Positions 40,258-49,748 of a stretch of 64,000 nt of DNA are shown here, in pieces (position 1 is the stretch's first letter; each line of letters starts with the position of its first letter). The notes beneath the pieces are model-generated. The model had not been told where the DNA came from. It was given only the letters and a program-made list of their open reading frames with translations, and made no database searches. Origin of the DNA: Yuukianura sp. NJ FZ-2021 (lineage: Eukaryota); the NCBI GenBank assembly GCA_046563655.1, contig CM102289.1, positions 6,324,001 to 6,388,000 on the forward strand, read 5' to 3'. Made by a program: the position numbers and the translations under genes.

Positions 40258-41048
40258 ATCCATAACCTGCCGCTTTAATTAAGAAAGTTATTTGGGCAAA
40301 ATTCTGATAATACCAAAAAAAGAAAACGCTTGGTAAAATAAAGTTTACGGTAATAAAATAAATAATAACAAAATTTTTATAATATTAAAACCAACCGTAT
40401 TGAGGGATCGCTCCCGTTCCCGTAAAGCAGTAAAGAAAAAACGCTTCAACATGGCGGGAGATGATTTGAAGTAGATTTTTTTACGGGACTAAAAATTTTT
40501 AAGTTTTTGATACAACTGCGTGCAAAATCGAACTGACCAATTGCTTATGGTCAACGTTCTGAAATATTTGCAGCTAAAGGAAGGAAAAACTGTCAAAGTC
40601 AGGATTTGCTGAGAAACTAGGGAACTTTCTTCAATAATGCATAAACAATCAAAAATTCCCTAAACCACAATACCAATTTTCGAAAACAATTCTTTCCTCA
40701 ACCAATTTTCTGCAAAATAATAATACCTAATACGAATTAGTTAACCGTGGAAATCTTTTCCTCAACCTGGAACTTTTCTACCAAAAAATAAAAACAATAA
40801 AAAAAAACCACAAGGACAATTATACTTGTAGTATTATAAATACTATAATAGAACTACCACATTAACAAATTCGTAAACAATTTACCTAACGTTTGTAATT
40901 TATTTAAACATCGAATTGAGTATTACTAATACCCTAAAATGATTTAAGTTAGCAACATGAGAAAAACTATTAGACTAGTATAAATCCAATCCACAAAATA
41001 CTTTTGTAAGAACAGACTTTGAAAAAAGAAGTGATTTCTTGGTCCGTG

Positions 41049-41415
41049 CTATTCCAGTGATCTGTAAGCTTGATAAGCGTTTGGATGTAATCTCTATTTA
41101 AAAAAATTAAAATCTTTGTATAAGAGTTGTATTTCGCCTTTATAATTACAATTTACCAATAGAAAAATAGTACGAAAATAATTAGGTATACCCTCAAATG
41201 CGTGATGAAATTTGATGTCGTCGTGTTGAATGCTGCAATGACTCGGCCGCACTCCATGCATTTGGCATACGATTTGTGTTCAGGCCCAATCCGAACAATG
41301 GACGTCAATTCAAAAAAAGTTCCGTTCAATATTTTCGGAAGTTTGTTCCTAAGGCGAATGCGTGGAGGTGAGAAGTACGTCGAGTCAAAGTATGGACTCG
41401 TTTGGATAAGCATTA
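41049..41415 (-). CDS. Alternative terminal module V8 of the BTB gene: BED-type zinc finger (exons 41415-41192 and 41093-41049)
   Basis: Phase-1 acceptor; PKILNGTFF...CMEC...TTSNFITHLR|RLHP...*. Confidence 0.85.
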
Positions 41416-41951
41416 CTGTTACAAATGACACATTAATTCTTTTACAATTTTCATAACCATATAATTCAGTACAACTACATTTTCATCAATTTAAAACAAA
41501 CTGCGTTTGTTGCTTTCATGAGAGTTTCACCACGCTAAACCCGGTTTAAATTCATAATGAACAACAACTTATTAAAAAGTCAAGAGAATCTGAAATCTGG
41601 TAAATTAAAAACAAAAAAGCTTCATCCAAACAACGAAGAATTTATTATTTTTGCTTCTGTAAATTAATTAAATATATAGAAAATTACTTAATTCTAAACG
41701 ATAGAAAGCTATATTCAAAGCTAATAAAACTTTTCCATCTAGCTAGAATTGGATTTCAGTAAGCAAGCAACTTCGCTTCTTCCTGTACACGCCATTAGAA
41801 CAAAGCTCAAATCCCGAGCAAGGCGTCAGCATCCTCGATGGACACTTTGTAATTTTCATAAGTTTCTGGATGATTCAACTAAAATAATTAATTCAAAAAA
41901 ATCTTCAAAAATTTTTCTTTTAAATATAAATTTTTCAAGTGCAACTGTTAC

Positions 41952-42130
41952 CCGTAAATGGCGCACAAATGCGGCTGTTCCATCATGTTCAATCCTCGTA
42001 TTACAAAAGCGACAAGTTGCAGTATGAAAAATCCGTATCTCAGAACCAACCAATCGCCTATTAAATCCGATCCACTTGTAGTAATTCCCGTTCAAAATAC
42101 GGCGATACTTTTTGCTCCGCTTAAAATTTT
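41952..42130 (-). CDS. Alternative module V7, first exon (BED-type finger; second exon unclear)
   Basis: Phase-1 acceptor; RRILNGNYY...CRFC...GTAAFVRHLR|gt. Confidence 0.75.
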
Positions 42131-42388
42131 CTTGTAAACAACAAAATTAATCAAAACAAACGCAAATGTTACGCTGCTAACCGTAAGTTTTGCTTGCTAA
42201 AAATAAACCCATCGCTTGAGAGATTCACCGCAAAATAAACAGAGGCTGGCAAACTTCATTAATTAATGGACTTCAAAAAATACTAAATTTTTATTCCACA
42301 AAAACTGAAAGATTGAGGCAATACACATTACTGCTAACATTCCTTTAGGAACTATAAATATTTCCCCGATTTGCCCTGTCTAAGTCCT

Positions 42389-42707
42389 TTACGCTAAGCG
42401 CGGCTTCTCGCTCTTGAACGCATAGTACTGCCTACTATGCTTATTCTGAAAATGAATTCAAAGTATTCAGAAAATGCTAAACCAATCATATCACTTCTCA
42501 ATTTCAATTTCAAATGTACCTTCAAATGCCGAACAAAACTTGAGGTCATGACCCCTGACAGATATGTGCCGCAGTAGCAGCAAGCAGCTCTGTACTTGTT
42601 TCGTACTATACCACTAACACAAACTCTGCTACAAACTGAAACATCTTCAAAGTATTTCCCATCCAAAATTCGTGGAACAGCCGAACTTCCACCGCCTTCG
42701 TTGTCTC
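42389..42707 (-). CDS. Alternative module V6: BED-type zinc finger (exons 42707-42520 and 42445-42389)
   Basis: PRILDGKYF...CCYC...TSSFVRHLK|NKHS...*. Confidence 0.85.
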
Positions 42708-42934
42708 CTGTTTCCAAATATTACAATCAACTACACATCACGAAAGAGCCAATCGAAAAAATTTCTCCGTACTCAATGAGAGGTTCACCGTCCGTTAAAT
42801 TTACTAGTATAATAAATCACATATTCATGTGTTGCATCACAGAGTTGAAATTTGAGCAGAAGTCTAGAAAACATCTACTATCTATTGGATGGAGGCAGAT
42901 ACAGGTCGTCAAATTGCTTTTCAGTTTTGATTGT

Positions 42935-43266
42935 TCAAGAATTTTGAAACTCTTCGTAGGATTCAGGATGTTGATGCTACAAGATAGCAAACGACAAAAT
43001 AAAATCTTGACAATTGAAACTTAATTAAAAAAAAATTACTCTCAAATGCCTGATGAAATTGGAACTCCTGTCGGCCTTATAAATGTTGCCACACGCCAAG
43101 CACTTTCCACACAACTTTACTTTCTCCCGCCCATCTTTGACGTATGTTATGGACTCGATCGGATCAAAAAATCGTCCATCTAGAATTCTCGGACCATAGA
43201 ACCTCGCACCAGCAACGGAAGACATCACACCATCCGCATGTCTTTCATCCTCATCCTCTCGAATTC
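42935..43266 (-). CDS. Alternative module V5: BED-type zinc finger (exons 43266-43040 and 42976-42935)
   Basis: PRILDGRFF...CLAC...SSNFIRHLR|HQHP...*. Confidence 0.85.
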
Positions 43267-43652
43267 CTTTCAATAACCAAAAATCCTAAACTTCTTCTAA
43301 AATAAAAATTTAAACCAAAAACCAAAAAGAGGTTCACCACAAACACAAAAGTTTAATACGTAATAACCGCCAAATTTCATTCCAAGATCAGAAAATTATA
43401 CAAAGAGTTTTTAATGTAAGAAAATTTTTTAACACACATCTAAGTTAAATTTCGTCAAACCTAACTACATTTCAAAGATTCAACAAGTGCCGAGAAGTAC
43501 AAACAGCAAATAAATATGCAACTGGAACAACGCCATCCACTAACTTATTAAATGAACAAAAAATTGGTAAGTACTGTCATACAAGTACATAATTACCCAT
43601 TAACGTAGTTTAAGTAACAATTTAGCAACTCCTTGGAACTCTTCTGTGGTAC

Positions 43653-43954
43653 CTAACGTTTGTAAAGACGGTATAACGCTGGATGCATTACCTATAATAA
43701 AAAACACGCACAACTGTTGAAACTTTGTTTTTCGCAACACAAGAGGAATATTGCAACAATTCTAAAAATCATTACCCGCAAGTGATTGACAAAATTGGAA
43801 GGTTGAACAGAATTAAAGTCCCGACTGCACTCACGACACTTTGCAATAATTCGTTCTCTCTTCCTTCCAGCATAGTCAATGTATTGAGTACGACAAAGTG
43901 TTTCAAAAAATATGCGGAACAGAGCAGCAACGCTGTATGAACCCGGTTTCAAAT
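43653..43954 (-). CDS. Alternative module V4: BED-type zinc finger (exons 43954-43776 and 43691-43653)
   Basis: LFRIFFE...CREC...PSNFVNHLR|VMHP...*. Confidence 0.85.
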
Positions 43955-44380
43955 CTGTGTAACCTAATCAATTAACCCACCTTTCTGCAATCCATTTTTT
44001 ATCAAACAAACTTTTAGACTTGGAGTATTCACCACGCTAAAAACATATAGATTCAAAGGCGCAACTCGCAACTTAAGATTTTCGAAACTTTTATATCTTA
44101 CTCTTGTTACGAATAAGAATCAATTCGGATTCCTAAGTGGCCAATAAAAGTGCCGTGTTACTCAAATAAAAAAGTGATTGTGTACGTGTTTAAACAAACC
44201 TATTTCAAATATTTCCTTGATAAATGCTCTTTAAAATTTAAGATTTTGGTTTCCGCAGTTGAGTGGAACTGTTTTTGAAACGGACGAAAGACCGCAGACG
44301 CTACTTCTTTGGCTTGCCAAAAAAAAACTTCTCCAAAATTACGACAAGAATTTTTTCAGTGCTTTAAAAACTTGTCATAC

Positions 44381-44538
44381 AATTAATTGTTTCTGGAAAT
44401 TTGCGACATTCACGGAATTGAAAGCTTGTTTACATCTAATACATGTAACACCAAAACGTTTCCAATCCTTACCGAAGTGATGCACAAATTGAGTGTAACT
44501 TTGAAAAATCTTCCATCCAGAATTAGACGGAAACCGCA
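44381..44538 (-). pseudogene. Alternative module V3: degenerate BED-like exon, not in the ORF track
   Basis: The phase-1 frame is open through CIRC...ANFQKQLI|gt, with the first His replaced by Gln. The family motif LILDGRFF lies in a shifted frame. It has its own selector at 44641-44659. Confidence 0.6.
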
Positions 44539-44802
44539 CTTCATTTAATATTAGTGGTGAAAGTAAAACTAGATCATCGTTACAGAAAACGAAAAAAATT
44601 CAAAGTTTCCAAATTTTCAAAGAATGATCGAAGTTCGTTCAAGAGTTCACCAAGTTAGCACTCGGAGCAAAGGGAAAAGTGTAAAATTGCCCTACGTTAC
44701 AGAATTCATCGCAATAAAATCCTACGCGAATTATTCAGCAATCGACCTGGATTCAATAATTTTAAAGATAAGTTACAGGCAACTAAAATTAGAGTTACGA
44801 CA

Positions 44803-45155
44803 CTACGAATACATGGCGGTATTTTTGTGTTTGTTCCTCGCTGCAGTTCTTGCTCTTTGATACTGCAAAAACGACCGTGGGTGACGATTCTAGTAAAAAC
44901 CAATTGCTCAAATGGTCAAATCAACCCAAATTCTAGATGCAAAAAGCAGTTTTTTTTTCAAAATTAGTACCTGCAAATGTCTTACAGCATTCGAACTCCT
45001 TGAAGTGTTAACGACAGCGTTGCATTGAACACACTTTGCCGAAATTCGACTACGGAAACCAGAATTTTCTAATACTTTTTCGCATGATAGAATTTCAAAA
45101 AATCTGCCATTGTAGATTGAACCCATGTACTTGTTGTACTGAAATTTCCGTCTCC
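44803..45155 (-). CDS. Alternative module V2: BED-type zinc finger (exons 45155-44971 and 44889-44803)
   Basis: SIYNGRFFE...CVQC...SSNAVRHLQ|NRHP...*. Confidence 0.85.
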
Positions 45156-45308
45156 CTTACGAAGTGAAACAAAATACAAAGTTTATAAAATAGAAAATAT
45201 TGTAAGTTTGTCGTTTAGACCAGGACGATCACCACGTTAAACTCTTATTACTGTCATTACAACGTCCTACAACTCAGAATACTATGAACTTTGACACATT
45301 GTACAGTT

Positions 45309-45644
45309 CTAATTTCTGTACTCCGCATGAAGCTTGGAATGGGCACGCTGAAAACAAATTAAATCATAAATCAACACGTTACTTAAGATGCACTTTTAAC
45401 AACAAATTGCCAAAAATGGCTTATGTGAGTATAGTTACCTTTAAATGTGCAATGAAATTTGAAGTGGTTTGTCCTACAATAGTTTGGGTACAAGAGGAAC
45501 AAACCCCAACGATTTTCCTCCGTCGTAAATTTGTCTTTTTGTCGATACAATATGAGTCCGACAAAATTTCAAAAAATTTCGGATCGAAAACACGAGGCTG
45601 TAATTTTGAAGTGAACGGAAGTCCAGGCCATGCGAGAAAATGCC
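45309..45644 (-). CDS. Alternative module V1: BED-type zinc finger (exons 45644-45439 and 45347-45309)
   Basis: PRVFDPKFFE...CSSC...TTSNFIAHLK|RAHS...*. Confidence 0.85.
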
Positions 45645-46464
45645 CTGTGTAATGTCGCAATATTTTCTAGTATGCAACTTTAGTGTTTTAATAGAATCGC
45701 ACGGTATGGGTCATCGTCGACCACTTAAGTCATACGACGCCTCTGAGAGGCACACCGCGTTTTAAGTCACCTTTGTCAAACTTTAAAATTTTGAACATGG
45801 GTGAAAATATTCCAAAAGCTTCCACCTCCACTGATTCAGCAATAAACTGGAAACAACCTTATTACAAAGCAAAAACCAAACCAGAACCAGCCCAGACTAA
45901 ATACTTGCAATATGTCATGTGAATACATTAAAAAAACTGCACATACAACTAAATAAGTTTCTTTAACACAAGATAGATACACCTCGAATCCTTATAATCA
46001 AATTCACAATATTTATGCAGCAAACAGCAGGGCGACTGCTACATTTCAAATTAGAACAAATCCGTCCTTTGAGACTTGAAAATGGATAGCCATTTCCATT
46101 TAAACGTACACGTTATGCAGTAGTATTTTTCCGAAAATAACTCCCATAAATGTTCTAATGGGTTTACACGCCATGGCTAGGGGTGTTACAGTCTGTCTCA
46201 GAAAAGGTATTTAGAAATCACATTGGAATATTGGAAATATAAATAATATGTGACTGCGTAAAAGTTGTATCCAACATCTAAGATTTCATTTCTTGAAAGA
46301 AGTGAACAATTTCAATTTCAACGAAACTGTAGCGTTATGTCGAGTTACTTTATGACAAAGTTGGTTTTAAGAGAATTCCTTTGGAAAATAGACTCAGGTT
46401 GAACCGAACTTTCAAAGCTAAATAAAAGTCAAACCTTCTGAAACAGACAGTACCCCCTTTGACT

Positions 46465-46490
46465 GTTTTAACGTGGTGAACCTCTCAAGG
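46465..46490 (-). promoter_or_regulatory. Putative splicing docking site (RNA 5'-CCUUGAGAGGUUCACCACGUUAAAAC-3')
   Basis: Lies 40-65 nt into the intron after the last constant donor (46530). It is reverse-complementary to eight motifs, one upstream of each variable module. Confidence 0.8.
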
Positions 46491-46530
46491 TCGCCATGAC
46501 GACAAATTAAAAAGATGGAAGCACTCTTAC

Positions 46531-47851
46531 CTTCTCCATCGGAGCCACCACCTTGACCACCCGTCCGTTCCGTTCCATCGTCGTTATTCACATAACCATC
46601 CCCTGGTTCCTGCTCACTATTTCCAGGATTATCATCGCCGATTTTAAAACGTTCGGAAAAGCCTAGAATATGTAAAAAGGAAACAATAAATGAACAAAAA
46701 ACTTTTTTGAAAAAAGTAATCGGAGTAACCAAAAGTATGTGTAAGTAGTGACCCTAACACATTGAAAACCTACTTGATTGGCTCATTGAATTGTCTCCTT
46801 CTCGTTCTTCCTCATCCAAATCCACTTCAACATCCACAACGGGAACGTCTGCCTCGATCTTAACCTGCAATAATAAAAACAGCGGGTCGCTCAGTACGAT
46901 TATAAACTCAGAACTCAGAATTCGTTTAAGATTGATAGACAATCTTAACAGCTTGCCTCTTGGCCTCCATAAGCCTCTGGCTCTTCCATCAATGCTGCTA
47001 GCGATGCGAAGTTATCGTTCTCACGAGATGAGGATTCATAGAACGGAGGTGTTGAAATTGATCCCACGGTCTCTAATGGGTCTTGCGGCAGCACGTTTAG
47101 AGCGTCCTGAAGAGGGTCCACAACTTGTGAAACCCTTTGTACCTGCGTGATTTGCGTCGTAGGAATTTTAGGATCCATTCTAGGTTTCTTGATAGCTGGC
47201 ATAGAAGAGGAAGCGGTGTGAGAAGTAGTAGAAGTGGCTGTTGCTGATGCGAATGGGCGTGTCGAAGAAATACGGGTAAGTTGCACGGTGGACGTGGAAG
47301 GAATAGTAATAGGAGCAGGAGCTGCTGGCGGTGGCGATGGAGCAGCAGTACTTGGTGCTATATGAGGTGTTGTTTTCTGTCGCTTGCTTCCAATGTCTTT
47401 CAAAATAATTGTATCCGACGAAATACTATTTGTAGTTGTTTCAACCTCTGTCAATCCGCGTATTTTGAGAGACTGAGCAACAGCAAGGAGGGAGTTCAAA
47501 TCTTCATGTGCAATGCTCACTTCACCACGGTACATGTACTGAATTAGCGCTTTCAGTTCAGCATACTTGACGTCCTTCAGGAAGAAAATTGGATGCTTGC
47601 TAGTGTCTAGATCCAGCAATTTCTAAACGCACACCAACAGTTAAAAATAACAAAACAGCTTGCTTTTTAGTAAAATGAGTTACCTGGAAGTAGGGACTGC
47701 ATGCTGAAAGTATCACACGATGTGCTCGAATATACTGACCCTCACATGCGAGCGTAACATCGACGAATGATTCACTAGCCAGCAACACGTCGAATAAAGA
47801 CAAAACAGTTCCTTGATGACTCGTCCATCGAAGTCTGATTTGTCCATCCAT
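46531..47851 (-). CDS. lola: Constant exons of a Tramtrack-group BTB protein most resembling Longitudinals lacking (lola-like): 47851-47684, 47622-46957, 46864-46774, 46662-46531
   Basis: [18 protein letters not shown]...[24 protein letters not shown]...[27 protein letters not shown]...AQSLKIRGL. It ends at a strong donor GAAG|GTAAGA in phase 1. The symbol reflects similarity, not proven orthology. Confidence 0.8.
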
Positions 47852-48947
47852 TTCTTCAACACGAGACTTAGCTGCGCTCGTGTTCTGAAAATATACAATC
47901 TATAATATAAATACCAGAAGATGATTAAATGGTAATAAAAATTTATATTAATACAACGTGTTATTACCAGTGGATGATGAATACTACTACCGTTTCGAAC
48001 TCCGTACTCGGTGTCGGTATCCGTAACTTTATAAAACAGTAGTTTTTAATTTGTTGATTCTAACCGAAGATCGATCCGGTGTAATCCGACTCCTGGCCCT
48101 CCTCTTGTTATGTTTTTGCTGATTGATGAAATGATGCCGACCGATCAATCGATTGATCTTAGTATTCGAAAAATAAAAAACCCGAATTCTGAATATGAAT
48201 TTCGATGATGATGTCTCAAAGGCAAACATTAAAAAAAAATATCCCTCTCCTTTAGTAATCCGTGTCGTTCAAAAATGTTCGCACATTACCCGTAATGCAT
48301 AGACAAAGTTGGGAGCACAAACTAAATTACAACTGCTTGGTGAGATACTTAACAAGATGTTATTGTGTATTATTTCAAATAAATATTATAAATTGAAACA
48401 AATTAATTTATTATTTTTCATAAATAGTATGAGTTTTTTGAATAACCTATTTATTACCTGCAGGAAGAAGGTTTCAATGATGATTGTTGCCCATACAATA
48501 GGGCGGATGGCGGTAGTGTACCGGTTGGATAAATTTCAAATATTTCAGTTTTTTTCCACTTTCAAATCTCCAGCGCTGGATTGCCCCATCATATCACCGC
48601 CACCGCGTTATCTGCAAATCCGCTTATACCGATGACATAAACCCTGCCCTGGCTTCCGCTACATCGTAGCGCTTCACTCTTCTCCGCTTGATGCAGGAGT
48701 TCGCGAAGTAGCGAATCGCTGCCAGCTCATTTCCGGTCGACGCTTTAGAATGGGCAAAGTTAACGGCAACCGTAACATGTCTAATTTCAAGCTTCTTCAA
48801 CACAACAGAATGTGATTGGGTGGAATGCCATTGTAGTAATTCAATTAACCCCTCCGGTAATTAGACAAACAGTTCTGGAAACCTCCAATGAAATTTACTC
48901 GTGAAGTATACACCAATGCATTTAAATATTATGTCTTCATATATTAT

Positions 48948-49031
48948 GCCATTAATTAGATAAAATCTTCAATTTTATCTAATTAATGGCTATTAATTAG
49001 ATAAAATCTTCAATTTTATCTAATTAATGGC
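48948..49031. repeat. Tandemly duplicated perfect hairpin (19-bp arms, 5-nt loop, period 41 bp)
   Basis: GCCATTAATTAGATAAAAT-CTTCA-ATTTTATCTAATTAATGGC at 48948-48990, repeated at 48992-49031. Confidence 0.9.
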
Positions 49032-49748
49032 TTGATTAAATTTATAAATAATTTAATAATAAATTCAAGCTTAATCCAAAACGAGTCCATGTCTAGAAGA
49101 CTTCTTAAAAAGTGGCGTTTTTCTCCAGAAAATACGCAAAAGAAACAGAAAATGAAATTATATCTGGAAGGAAGTTGTTCGATACATTGCAATTTTATGA
49201 ACATTGAAAATTCCGGTGCAATTTGGTTTGTTGTGTTCTCTGCAACTAAACAATGCAATATACTCATACTGGGATTTCGGAACTTTCCGATAATTATAAA
49301 CCAGTTCTTTAGGGTAATTTTGTTCAAAAACAAAACAACTAACACATTAGTAAAAACCTCATCTTCCCGGTAAATTCATGTTTGATATGTGATTGTAAAC
49401 ACAACCCAGATAATAATTAAGATATTAGCTAAGATTTATTTAGGAGCAAGTTAAATACATAAAAACACTATTACATTACTTGTTTTAAACAATTTAATTT
49501 TCAAATAGCTACGAATTAAACCGCGACGGGAGACACCGTCGGAACTTGATTCACCTAGTATGTAACACACCGAGGGATCGAAAAGGCGAAAAACTAACCG
49601 ATTGAGACTATGTTAAACTCTGATTAAGTAATTTTGAAAACTATGAAGCGCTTAGTACTGAACACTGGACATTTGTAATACTGTGGTAGTCTTTGCATTG
49701 ACCAGCAACACAAAATCGATTTTCTACTCGTTTAGGTGGGAAAACTCC

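Larger units (their letters stand above)
41519..45764 (-). promoter_or_regulatory. Eight putative selector elements at 45744-45764, 45229-45242, 44641-44659, 44019-44044, 43328-43340, 42777-42799, 42215-42242 and 41519-41540
   Basis: On the plus strand each resembles TGAGAGGTTCACCACGTTAAAAC. There is one per module, about 60-105 nt upstream of its acceptor. Confidence 0.8.

Noticed and set aside
41049..45644. BED modules as remnants of hAT transposons or as independent small genes
   Set aside because: No transposase core or TIRs are present, most modules lack an ATG, and all share a phase-1 acceptor plus a selector matching the BTB intron.
48500..48860. GC-richer patch with an open minus-strand frame of about 78 codons lacking an initiating ATG; possible ncRNA or exon
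   Set aside because: No recognisable RNA family motif, protein similarity or supported splice partner.
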